From: Clostridiales bacterium
GTDB lineage: Bacteria > Bacillota > Clostridia > Christensenellales > Aristaeellaceae
Length of the DNA stretch: 32,000 nucleotides
NCBI GenBank assembly: GCA_004556155.1
Contig: SFIM01000005.1
Span: forward strand, 64,161-96,160
Direction of reading: 5' to 3'
The position numbers were made by a program, and so were the translations under genes. Each line of letters opens with the position of its first letter. Position 1 is the stretch's first letter. Positions 1 through 8,254 of the stretch are shown piece by piece. Below the pieces are notes generated by a model, which searched no databases, was not told the DNA's origin, and was given only the letters and a program-made list of their open reading frames with translations.

Positions 1-84
1 TATAATGGCGGTTGCCACTGCCGAAATGCAGATGGAAATCGGTCGTTTTCTCCCCATATCACCTGAGTAGGAGATCGGTGCTCA

Positions 85-1044
85 TTGCTGCTTTCTTTGG
101 AAAATATTGACGCTTATCAAAAGCTCTTTGGCATGAACGACCGCAACATGGCCGTGCTGGAGCAGGAATTGTCCGTCGTCAGCGCCCTGCGCGGGCAGGA
201 GCTGCAATTTCGCGGGGACGCTGAAAATGTCGCGGCTGCAGAAACCGCCGTCGCACGGCTGATTACGCTTTTGCAGCACGGCGAAACGGTAGATCCCATG
301 CGCATCCGCTATGTGGTGTCGCTGGTACGCGAGGGCAAAAGCGACCTGCTGGATCAGCTTAGCGGCAGCGATGTCATCGCCATCACCCACCGCGGCCGCC
401 CCATCCGCAGCAAAACGCTGGGGCAGCGCGCCTATGTGGAGGCTGTGCGCAAGCATGAGCTGACGCTGGCCGTGGGCCCTGCGGGCACGGGCAAAACCTA
501 CCTGGCCATGGCCATGGCGGTGGTTGCCCTCAAGGCCAAGGAGGTAGAGCGCATTGTGCTGACGCGCCCGGCAGTAGAGGCCGGCGAAAAGCTTGGCTTT
601 CTGCCCGGCGATATGACGCAGAAGGTGGATCCCTATCTGCGCCCGCTCTATGACGCGCTGCACGAGCTGATGGGCGCGGATTCCTATCTGCGCCTGGCCG
701 AGCGCGGCACGGTGGAGGTGGCTCCGCTTGCCTTTATGCGCGGCCGCACGCTCAGCGATGCCTTTATCATCCTGGATGAAGCGCAGAACGCCACCAGTGA
801 GCAGATGAAAATGTTTCTGACCCGCCTGGGCGCAAACTCCCGCTGCATCGTAACCGGCGACGTATCCCAGACCGACCTGCCCAAGGATAAAAAAAGCGGC
901 CTGGTGGAAGCCGTAAACGTCCTGCGCAATGTGGAGGGCGTGGCCATTGTAGAACTGACCGCCCGCGATGTAGTGCGCCACGAGCTGGTGCAGCGCATTG
1001 TGCAGGCCTATGAAAAATATGAAAAAAACGGAGGTAAAGCATGA
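85..1044 (+). CDS. phoH: PhoH-like ATPase
   Basis: Walker A GPAGTGKTYLAMAMAV. PhoH-family block LTRPAVEAGEKLGFLPGD...DPYLRPLYDAL. The TTG at 85 follows AGGAGA (69-74); an in-frame ATG at 133 is an alternative start. Sits in the conserved phoH-yqfF-ybeY-era order. Confidence 0.9.
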   Translation: MLLSLENIDAYQKLFGMNDRNMAVLEQELSVVSALRGQELQFRGDAENVAAAETAVARLITLLQHGETVDPMRIRYVVSLVREGKSDLLDQLSGSDVIAITHRGRPIRSKTLGQRAYVEAVRKHELTLAVGPAGTGKTYLAMAMAVVALKAKEVERIVLTRPAVEAGEKLGFLPGDMTQKVDPYLRPLYDALHELMGADSYLRLAERGTVEVAPLAFMRGRTLSDAFIILDEAQNATSEQMKMFLTRLGANSRCIVTGDVSQTDLPKDKKSGLVEAVNVLRNVEGVAIVELTARDVVRHELVQRIVQAYEKYEKNGGKA

Positions 1045-3590
1045 GCACGCAGCAATCCGGCCGCATGACCAGGGCACGGATGCGCAGGTTCCTTACCCGC
1101 GCCAAGGCTCTGGCAAAGCGCTTCAAAAATGCGGCGCTTTCCATGCGCACGCTGGTCTCCGTATGCGGCATCGCGGTGATGCTGGTGGTTTTCTGCGGCG
1201 CGATCATGCCCGTCCGCTATGATATCGCCATCGGCATGGTCCCCCGGCACACCATCACCGCCAACCGCGACGTGGTGGACGAAGTAACCACAGAAGCCCT
1301 GCGCACAGCGGCGGCGCAGGCCGTGCAGCCGACCTATCATTTTGTAGAGGGCGTTACAGAAAGCGTCCTGAGCAATTTTGATCAGATATTCAGCCAGATG
1401 AAGGCCGTCATCCAATACAGCGAAACGCTGGAGGATTACGGCCCAAACCGGCGCTACGCTGCGGACGAGCTTGCCTACGCCCGCACCATCCTGACGCTGC
1501 TTGACCTGCGCGATTATCAGCTGCGCACGCTGCTGAACACCACCCACGCCGATCTGAGCAGCCTGTATACCACCCTTTACGCCGCTGTGCAGAACACCAT
1601 GGCCAGCTATGTCACTGAGGGTCAGGAAAACGAGGCCGTGGCCAGCATTATGCAGATCGTCGGCTATCGTGTGGACACCAGCCTTCTGCAAAATATTGTG
1701 CAGCCGCTTCTGCGCACGGTCATCCGTCCCAACATGGTTATCGATCAGGAGGCCACCGAGGCCGCACGTCAGCTGGCGCGCGACAGCGTAGAGCCCATTG
1801 TGTACAAGCAGGGGCAGAATATCGTCGTCAAGGGCGAGGGCCATGTGGAGCGCTATCAGTACGATATGCTGTCCAATCTGGGGCTGCTGAACAACACCAC
1901 CGTGGATATCAGCATTTATCTGGGCGCGGGGCTGCTGATCACGCTGGTGATGGGGCTTGCCATGGTGCTGCTGCGCATGGTATGCCATGATATCACGGCG
2001 GATTACCGGCGGCTGATCCTGCTGTTTATCGTATGCATCGTAACGCTTGTCGCCTGCGTGCTGATGCGCATGGTCAATATCCGCCTTGCCCCCACGCTTC
2101 TGTGCGCCATGCTGCTCACGGCTATGCTGGGTCTGCCCACGGGTCTTATTTTCAATATTGCTATTGCCATCCTTGTAAGCGCCTTGGCTGCGGGCGGAAG
2201 CGGGAGCTATACCAGTGAAATGGTGCAGCTGCTCAGCTGCACGCTGTGCTCGGGCACGCTGGCGGCAGCTATCCTCAGCCGCCACAGCAACCGTCTGCGC
2301 GTGATCGCCGCGGGCGTTGCTGCCGCGCTGTGCAACTTTCTGGTCATGCTGGCGCTGGGCCTGATGACCAGCAGCGTGGGCGGCATGCTAACCGTCGCGT
2401 TGGAGACCATGGGTGGGGCGGGCATCGCTGCTGTTTTCTGCCTGGCTATTCAGCCGCTGCTGGAGGCACTGTTCAACCTGCCTACCCCCACCAAGCTGAT
2501 GGAGCTGTCCAACCCCAATCATCCGTTGATGCGCAGGCTGCTGCTGGAAGCCCCCGGCACCTACCACCACTCCATCGTGGTTGCCAATCTGGCCGAGGCC
2601 TCGGCAGAGGCCATCGGCGCCAATCCCCTGCTTGCGCGCGTTGGCGGCTATTATCACGATGTGGGTAAGCTGCGCCGTCCCATGTATTTTAAGGAAAACC
2701 AGCTTGGCGCGGAAAACCGCCTGAACGAAACCGATCCCTATACCGCCGCGCAGATCGTCATCGCCCACACGCGTGACGGCGTGACCCTGGCACGCAATTA
2801 CCATCTGCCGCGCGAGGTATCGCAGATCATTTTAGAGCATCATGGCAATACGCCGGTGATGTATTTCTACACCCAGGCGCTTAAAAACGCCGACGGCAAG
2901 CCCGTGGATATCGCCGATTACCGCTATGACAGCAACCCGCCCGCCACCCGTGAAGGCGCCATCGTGCTGCTGTGCGATACCATCGAGGCCGCGGTGCGCT
3001 CCATGCAGAATCCTACCCCCGATGCGATTGAGGACTTTATCGTCAAGCTTGTGCGCGGCAAGCTGCAGGATGGTCAGCTTTCCAACAGCCCCCTGACGCT
3101 GCGCGATATCGACCGCATCTGCCACGCCTGCGCCACGGTGCTCAACGGCGTGTTCCACGAGCGCATTGAGTATCCCGATCCGCCCGCGCACATTCCGCAG
3201 GCAAAAGAACATCCCACCGCCGAGCCGCCCGCCGTGCGTGACGCAGAGGAACCCTGGGATGGTGAGGAAGCCGCTCAGGAGGATCTGCCCCCACAGCCCG
3301 GCAAGACCGTTTTGTCTCCGGAGACTCCCGAAGCCGCGCCCAAGCCTGTCTATGTGGAGCCCGAGCAGTTTGAGCCTGCTCGGCCGCTGCCCGTCATCGA
3401 GCCGCCCACCGCCTCCGCTCCGCTGTCCGTAGAGGAAGTGCTGCGCGAGCACCAGGACGATGTGCCCGCCGCGCAAACAGATGATAAGCCCGAAACGGAA
3501 GGCGAAACCTCCGAGCAGCCTCCGATCTCGGATGAGCCCGATACGCCCGCTGAAGATGAAAGCAAGAAAGAAAGCTCCGAAAATGAATGA
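1041..3590 (+). CDS. pgpH: Membrane-bound HD-domain phosphohydrolase of the PgpH/YqfF type (7TM receptor with intracellular HD hydrolase), carrying a 137-aa acidic/proline-rich C-terminal tail
   Basis: N-terminal TM helix, a long extracytoplasmic region, and a block of about 7 hydrophobic helices. HD-domain motifs HHSIVVANLAEA...GGYYHDVGKLRRPMYFKENQ and LEHHG. ATG 1041 overlaps the phoH stop (ATGA) and follows GGAGG (1030-1034). Confidence 0.85.
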   Translation: MSTQQSGRMTRARMRRFLTRAKALAKRFKNAALSMRTLVSVCGIAVMLVVFCGAIMPVRYDIAIGMVPRHTITANRDVVDEVTTEALRTAAAQAVQPTYHFVEGVTESVLSNFDQIFSQMKAVIQYSETLEDYGPNRRYAADELAYARTILTLLDLRDYQLRTLLNTTHADLSSLYTTLYAAVQNTMASYVTEGQENEAVASIMQIVGYRVDTSLLQNIVQPLLRTVIRPNMVIDQEATEAARQLARDSVEPIVYKQGQNIVVKGEGHVERYQYDMLSNLGLLNNTTVDISIYLGAGLLITLVMGLAMVLLRMVCHDITADYRRLILLFIVCIVTLVACVLMRMVNIRLAPTLLCAMLLTAMLGLPTGLIFNIAIAILVSALAAGGSGSYTSEMVQLLSCTLCSGTLAAAILSRHSNRLRVIAAGVAAALCNFLVMLALGLMTSSVGGMLTVALETMGGAGIAAVFCLAIQPLLEALFNLPTPTKLMELSNPNHPLMRRLLLEAPGTYHHSIVVANLAEASAEAIGANPLLARVGGYYHDVGKLRRPMYFKENQLGAENRLNETDPYTAAQIVIAHTRDGVTLARNYHLPREVSQIILEHHGNTPVMYFYTQALKNADGKPVDIADYRYDSNPPATREGAIVLLCDTIEAAVRSMQNPTPDAIEDFIVKLVRGKLQDGQLSNSPLTLRDIDRICHACATVLNGVFHERIEYPDPPAHIPQAKEHPTAEPPAVRDAEEPWDGEEAAQEDLPPQPGKTVLSPETPEAAPKPVYVEPEQFEPARPLPVIEPPTASAPLSVEEVLREHQDDVPAAQTDDKPETEGETSEQPPISDEPDTPAEDESKKESSENE

Positions 3591-4488
3591 ATTTCACTTT
3601 GATTTTGACTGCGCGCTGCCTGTGCCTGAGGGCGCGGAGCAAACGCTTCTGCGCGTGGCGCGCTGCTGCCTGGCCGCAGAGGGCGTAACGCAGCCCTGCA
3701 TGGCCTACGTGCGCTTTTCGAATGATGCGGACATTCACCAGATCAACCGCGAACAGCGCAATGTGGATCGTGCGACCGACGTGCTGTCTTTTCCCGCCGG
3801 GCCGTTTAATCCACGGCATACGGCCGGGCATTGTCCCAAAACCTTGCACAGTTTATACGATCCGCAGGAGCGCGCCTGCAGGCTGGGCGATATCATTATA
3901 TCGCTCGATCATGCCCGCGCGCAGGCGGCGGAATACGGCCACTCCTTTGAGCGCGAGCTGTGCTATCTGACCGCGCACGCTCTGTTTCATCTGATGGGTT
4001 ACGATCATATGAACGATCAGGATAAATCTCAAATGCGAAGAATGGAGGAAAAAGCCATGAACGAAGCTGGAATCTCCCGCGTATCCGATGACGAGCTGCT
4101 GGCGCTGGCCGCCAAGGCGATGCAGTATTCCTATTCTCCCTATTCCAAATTCAAGGTGGGCGCCTGCCTGCTGGCGGCGGACGGCCGCGTGTTTACGGGC
4201 TGCAATATCGAAAACGCCTCCTACGGCGCAACCAACTGTGCCGAGCGCACGGCGCTGTTCAAGGCGGTCAGCGAGGGCGCGCACGAGTTTGTAGCCATCG
4301 CCATCGCCACCGAAAAGGCGTTGGCCTGGCCCTGCGGCATCTGCCGTCAGGCGCTGTGCGAGTTTGCCCCGCACCTGCGCGTTATCACGGCCTGCGGCGA
4401 TCAGCGCGCCGAGGCTACGCTGGATCAACTGCTCTACGGCGCATTCGGCCCGGTTAACGGCACGGGCGATTATCTTGGAAAGGACTAA
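3583..4488 (+). CDS. ybeY/cdd: Single ORF fusing the YbeY endoribonuclease (rRNA maturation factor) to cytidine deaminase
   Basis: N-terminal half: DVLSFP...GDIIIS...HALFHLMGYDH (YbeY zinc motif HxxxHxxGxxH). C-terminal half: YSPYSKFKVGACLL..GCNIENASYGATNCAERTALFKAV...PCGICRQ (Cdd zinc motifs CAE and PCGxCRQ). No stop codon lies between the halves. ATG 3583 overlaps the pgpH stop. The ORF-track start at 3460 lies inside pgpH and is not used. Confidence 0.85.
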   Translation: MNEFHFDFDCALPVPEGAEQTLLRVARCCLAAEGVTQPCMAYVRFSNDADIHQINREQRNVDRATDVLSFPAGPFNPRHTAGHCPKTLHSLYDPQERACRLGDIIISLDHARAQAAEYGHSFERELCYLTAHALFHLMGYDHMNDQDKSQMRRMEEKAMNEAGISRVSDDELLALAAKAMQYSYSPYSKFKVGACLLAADGRVFTGCNIENASYGATNCAERTALFKAVSEGAHEFVAIAIATEKALAWPCGICRQALCEFAPHLRVITACGDQRAEATLDQLLYGAFGPVNGTGDYLGKD

Positions 4489-4494
4489 ACGCAA

Positions 4495-5397
4495 ATGACG
4501 AAAATTGATTTCAAATCCGGCTTTGTGGCCGTGGTGGGCCGCCCGAACGTGGGCAAATCCACGCTGGTGAACACCCTGGTGGGTGAAAAAATCGCCATCG
4601 TGTCCGACCGTCCGCAGACCACGCGCAACCGTCTGCTGGGCGTCATGAGCGGCGAGGGCTACCAGATGGTTTTTGTGGACACGCCCGGCATCCATAAGCC
4701 CCGCACGCAGCTGGGCAGCTATATGATGCAGGCTGTGCAGAGCGGCCTGGAGGGCATAGACGCGCTGCTGATGATGGTGGATGTAACCGCCGTCGGCCCG
4801 CAGGATCGTAAAATCGCGGAAGACATGGCCAAGAAGGGCGTGCCCGCCATCCTGCTGCTGAACAAGTGCGATTTGATTGACAACGAGCGTGTACTGCCCG
4901 TGATCGATCAGTTTAAGGAAATGGGCTTTGCCGAAATCCTGCCCATCAGCGCCAAGACTAGCGCGCATCTGGATTTGCTTACCCAGGAGCTGCTTAAACT
5001 AATGCCTACCGGCCCGCGCTACTTCCCCGAGGATATGATCACCGACCAGCCCGAGCGCGTGCTGTGCGCCGAAATCGTGCGCGAAAAGGCGCTGCTGCAC
5101 CTGCGGGACGAGGTGCCGCACGGCGTGGGCGTGGAAATCCTGGGCATGAAAAAGGTGAACGACAACCTGATGGAAATCCATGCGGATATCTACTGCGAAC
5201 GCGATTCACACAAGGCCATCATTATCGGCAAGCGCGGAGCGATGCTGTCCCTGATCGGCCGTGAGGCGCGCGTGGATATGGAAGCGCTGCTGGGCATGCG
5301 GGTTAATCTGCAGCTGTGGGTCAAGGTACGCCCCGATTGGCGCAACAGCGCGGCGGATCTGAAAACGCTGGGCTATGACAGCAAAGAAATGAGATAA
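4495..5397 (+). CDS. era: GTPase Era
   Basis: G1 GRPNVGKSTL, G3 DTPG, G4 NKCD, and a C-terminal KH-like region. Conserved position after ybeY/cdd. Confidence 0.95.
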   Translation: MTKIDFKSGFVAVVGRPNVGKSTLVNTLVGEKIAIVSDRPQTTRNRLLGVMSGEGYQMVFVDTPGIHKPRTQLGSYMMQAVQSGLEGIDALLMMVDVTAVGPQDRKIAEDMAKKGVPAILLLNKCDLIDNERVLPVIDQFKEMGFAEILPISAKTSAHLDLLTQELLKLMPTGPRYFPEDMITDQPERVLCAEIVREKALLHLRDEVPHGVGVEILGMKKVNDNLMEIHADIYCERDSHKAIIIGKRGAMLSLIGREARVDMEALLGMRVNLQLWVKVRPDWRNSAADLKTLGYDSKEMR

Positions 5398-6635
5398 TGA
5401 ATCACTTTTGTCATTTTGTAGGCGGCGCGTGCGGCAACATTTATCGCCGTGCGTGCCGCGCCGATTATACGCCGCTGCTGCTGTGCTGGGCAACGGCTGT
5501 GTTTTATTGCGTGCTTTGCGCGCTAATGGGGCGCAATCCCATCGGGCCGTCCGGCTACTGCACCTATACCCTGCAGGCGCTTGCCTGGCGGGATGGGCAA
5601 ATCTGCCTGAGCCAGGATTATCCCTGGCTGGAGCTGGCCATTTATCAGGGCAAGTACTTTGTTTCCTTTCCCCCAGTGCCCAGCGTGCCGCTGTATTTTC
5701 TCACCTTCCTGTTTGGTAAAAATACGCCCGACCATCTGCTGGTAAAGCTGTATATGCTCTTTGGATTGCTGGCGATTTACCGTATGATGCGCGACGCCGG
5801 CTACGACAAAGCCTCCGCCGCGGGGCTTTCGTTGCTATGCAGCTTTGGCAGCTGCCTGCTGGCACTGACGCTGGACGGCGCTGTATGGTATCAGGCGCAG
5901 CTGCTGGCCTATATGCTGACCTGCCTTGCCCTCCTGCTGATCCTGCGCGATCATCCCACACCGGCGCTTTTTCTGTACGCGCTGGCCGTCGGCTGCCGCC
6001 CCTTTAATGTGCTATACGGGCTGTTGCTCTATGCGCTGTATATTGATAAGGCACGCAAGGACGGACAAGCCTGGTCTACGCTGCTGCATCGGCTGATTCC
6101 CGGCACGCTGCTGGGACTGTTTGTGGCGGCCGCCTATGCCCTGTACAACTACGCGCGCTTTGGCAATCCGCTGGAATTTGGGCATAATTACCTGCCGGAA
6201 TTTTCCACCCAGGGCGGCACGCAGTTTGCGCTGTGGCACATCCCGGCCAATTTCAAAACATTCGTGCTGGGGCTCCCCTTCTCTGAAGGTATGGACGGCT
6301 GGACGCTGAATCAGTTTGGCTTTTCCTTCCTGCTTGCCAGCCCCGTTTTTATCCTGCTGCTCGTTCAGTGCGCCGTGGATCTCTGCGCGCGCCGCTTTAC
6401 GCTGCTCAAGGGTGGTCTGGTGCTTTGCTTTATCCTGCATTTGCTTTTGCTGCTGATGCATCGCACCTTCGGCGGATATCAATTTGGAGCGCGCTATACC
6501 TGCGATATGATTCCATACGCCGTGCTGTACCTGTGCCTGCCCGGACGGCGGCGCAGCCTGCGCGTGTGGGAATGGTGCCTGTTGGCCGCAGCGATCGGCT
6601 TTTGCGTATATGGCACGGCGAGCATGGCGCTATAA
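5397..6635 (+). CDS. Polytopic integral membrane protein, possibly a GT-C-fold (PMT_2/ArnT-like) glycosyltransferase
   Basis: About 10-12 hydrophobic segments. The first extracytoplasmic loop reads RDGQICLSQDYPWLELAIYQGKYFVSFPPVPSVPLYF, which resembles the loop-1/helix-2 pattern of lipid-carrier-dependent glycosyltransferases. ATG 5397 overlaps the era stop (TAATG). The function call is tentative. Confidence 0.5.
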   Translation: MNHFCHFVGGACGNIYRRACRADYTPLLLCWATAVFYCVLCALMGRNPIGPSGYCTYTLQALAWRDGQICLSQDYPWLELAIYQGKYFVSFPPVPSVPLYFLTFLFGKNTPDHLLVKLYMLFGLLAIYRMMRDAGYDKASAAGLSLLCSFGSCLLALTLDGAVWYQAQLLAYMLTCLALLLILRDHPTPALFLYALAVGCRPFNVLYGLLLYALYIDKARKDGQAWSTLLHRLIPGTLLGLFVAAAYALYNYARFGNPLEFGHNYLPEFSTQGGTQFALWHIPANFKTFVLGLPFSEGMDGWTLNQFGFSFLLASPVFILLLVQCAVDLCARRFTLLKGGLVLCFILHLLLLLMHRTFGGYQFGARYTCDMIPYAVLYLCLPGRRRSLRVWEWCLLAAAIGFCVYGTASMAL

Positions 6636-6661
6636 CAAAAAACGAACGCGAAATTTGTAAG

Positions 6662-6720
6662 AAATCCGAACATTTTGCACTTGATTTTGTTCGAATGTTT
6701 GCCTTATAATAAGAACATTC
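6662..6720 (+). promoter_or_regulatory. Sigma-A-type promoter (TTGATT 6681-6686, 18-nt spacer, TATAAT 6705-6710) overlaid with PurR-type PurBoxes
   Basis: AAATCCGAACATT (6662-6674) matches the B. subtilis PurBox consensus AWWWCCGAACWWT at 13/13. An inverted partial box TTTGTTCGAATGT (6686-6698) matches at 10/13. A third GAACATTC lies at 6713-6720. GAATGTT (6693-6699) and AACATTC (6714-6720) form a 7-bp inverted repeat bracketing the -10. Confidence 0.65.
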
Positions 6721-6745
6721 AATCCATGGCGGGAGGGATGTTCTT

Positions 6746-8254
6746 TTGGCGCAGTATGCCATTGAGCTACACGGGCTGACAAAGCGCTTCGGCGCGGTGG
6801 TCGCCAACGATGGGATCGATCTGAACGTCCGCAAGGGCGAAATTTTGGCCCTGCTTGGCGAAAACGGCTCGGGCAAAACCACGCTGATGAATATGCTGTC
6901 CGGCATTTATCAGCCGGACGCGGGCGAAATCTATCTGGCTGGCAAAAAAGTGAATATCCGTTCTCCGCAGGAAGCCATTTCCCTGGGAATCGGTATGGTG
7001 CACCAGCATTTTAAGCTGGTGGATGTGTTTACTGCGCGGCAAAACATCATGCTGGGCGCGGGCGCGCACCTGCGCATCCAGCCGGAGCAGCTGTGCGAAC
7101 AGTTCGGCTTCCATCTGGATCTGAATAAAAAGATATACGATATGTCCGTTAGCGAAAAGCAGACGGTAGAAATTATTAAGGTGCTCTCCCGCGGCGCGGA
7201 TCTTTTGATCCTGGACGAGCCCACGGCCGTGCTGACCCCGCAGGAGATTACCACCCTGTTTGAAATTCTGCGCAAGATGCGCAGCGAAGGTCATGCCGTC
7301 ATTATCATCACCCATAAGCTGGATGAGGTGCTGGCCGTGTCCGACCGCGTAACCGTGCTGCACAAGGGCAAATCCGTCGCCACGGTAAATACCGCCGAAA
7401 CCGATGAATACGCACTGACCTCCCTGATGGTAGGCCATGCGGTAGACCTGAACATTCAACGCGCCGAAGCCAGCGTAGGGAGTGAGCTGCTGGACGTACA
7501 CGCGCTCAATGTTTTCCGTGCGGACGGCTCACAGGCGCTCAAAGATGTGAGCTTTACCCTCAGCGCCGGTGAAATTCTGGGCGTAGCGGGCGTGGCCGGC
7601 AGCGGCCAGAAGGAGCTGTGCGAGTCCATCGCCGGCCTGCATCCCATCGCAGGCGGCTCCATCCTGATGGAAAACAAGCGCATCGACGGCCTGACCCCGC
7701 GCGAGATTATTAACCGCGGCGTCAGCATGTCCTTCATTCCTGAGGATCGCCTGGGTATGGGGCTGGCGGGCGGCCTGAGCCTGTATGACAACCTGCTTTT
7801 GAAAACCTACCGCGATCAGAAGGGCGTTTTTCTGCGCCGCCGTCAGGCCAAGGATGAAGCCGTCCAAATGGTTAAGGAGCTTGAAATCTCCACCCCCTCC
7901 ATTTCCACCCAGGTGCGCAAGCTGTCGGGGGGCAACGTGCAGAAGGTGCTGCTGGGGCGCGAGCTGAACGCCAATCCCCGTGTGCTGATCACTGCCTATC
8001 CGGTGCGCGGCTTGGATATCAATTCCTCCATGACGATCTATCATCTGCTCAACGAGCAGAAGAAAAAGGGCGTAGGCGTGCTCTTTATCGGCGAGGATCT
8101 GGATGTGCTTTTGTCCCTGTGCGACCGCATCCTGGTGCTGTGCAACGGCCGGGTATCCGCCATTGTAAACAGCAAATACGCCACCAAAGAGTTGCTGGGG
8201 CTGAAAATGACCGGCGCGTGGGAGCACGACGATGAGGAGGATGACTATGCCTAA
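6746..8254 (+). CDS. ABC transporter ATP-binding protein with two fused ABC domains (nucleoside/simple-sugar class, NupO-like)
   Basis: Walker A GENGSGKTT and GVAGSGQKEL. Signature motifs LSVSEKQ and LSGGNVQK. The TTG at 6746 lies 8 nt after GGGAGGG. Confidence 0.9.
   Translation: MAQYAIELHGLTKRFGAVVANDGIDLNVRKGEILALLGENGSGKTTLMNMLSGIYQPDAGEIYLAGKKVNIRSPQEAISLGIGMVHQHFKLVDVFTARQNIMLGAGAHLRIQPEQLCEQFGFHLDLNKKIYDMSVSEKQTVEIIKVLSRGADLLILDEPTAVLTPQEITTLFEILRKMRSEGHAVIIITHKLDEVLAVSDRVTVLHKGKSVATVNTAETDEYALTSLMVGHAVDLNIQRAEASVGSELLDVHALNVFRADGSQALKDVSFTLSAGEILGVAGVAGSGQKELCESIAGLHPIAGGSILMENKRIDGLTPREIINRGVSMSFIPEDRLGMGLAGGLSLYDNLLLKTYRDQKGVFLRRRQAKDEAVQMVKELEISTPSISTQVRKLSGGNVQKVLLGRELNANPRVLITAYPVRGLDINSSMTIYHLLNEQKKKGVGVLFIGEDLDVLLSLCDRILVLCNGRVSAIVNSKYATKELLGLKMTGAWEHDDEEDDYA

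Noticed and set aside
1-70. Possible 3' end of an upstream gene. Frame 2 reads ...AVATAEMQMEIGRFLPISPE followed by a stop at 68-70.
   Set aside because: Only about 22 codons are visible and they carry no recognisable motif. This cannot be supported as a feature.
82-1077. Other long shadow ORFs antisense to well-supported genes: 82-1077(-), 1008-2285(-), 3853-4968(-), 6767-7501(-), 7529-8296(-), 8085-9242(-), 17124-18659(-), 19365-20309(+), 20821-21627(-), 22857-24353(+), 24275-25183(+), and the 28452-29903 part of the 840-aa plus-strand ORF.
   Set aside because: Each lies opposite a gene with strong family motifs. Each has the Arg/Ala/Gly/His-rich composition typical of GC-rich antisense frames, and none has an RBS or recognisable domain.
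3460-3582. Upstream extension of the ybeY ORF (ORF-track start at 3460).
   Set aside because: This part lies entirely inside the pgpH coding region in another frame. The YbeY homology begins at MNEFHFDF (ATG 3583), which overlaps the pgpH stop as expected for coupled genes.
6652-6666. A CodY-box-like sequence, AATTTGTAAGAAATC, next to the PurBox.
   Set aside because: It matches the AATTTTCWGAAAATT consensus at only 10 of 15 positions. That is not better than expected in an AT-rich promoter region.
6667-6693. CGAAC...GTTCG as a possible LexA (Cheo box) SOS operator.
   Set aside because: The Cheo box requires CGAAC-N4-GTTCG. Here the cores are 17 nt apart, and the flanks fit the PurBox consensus instead.
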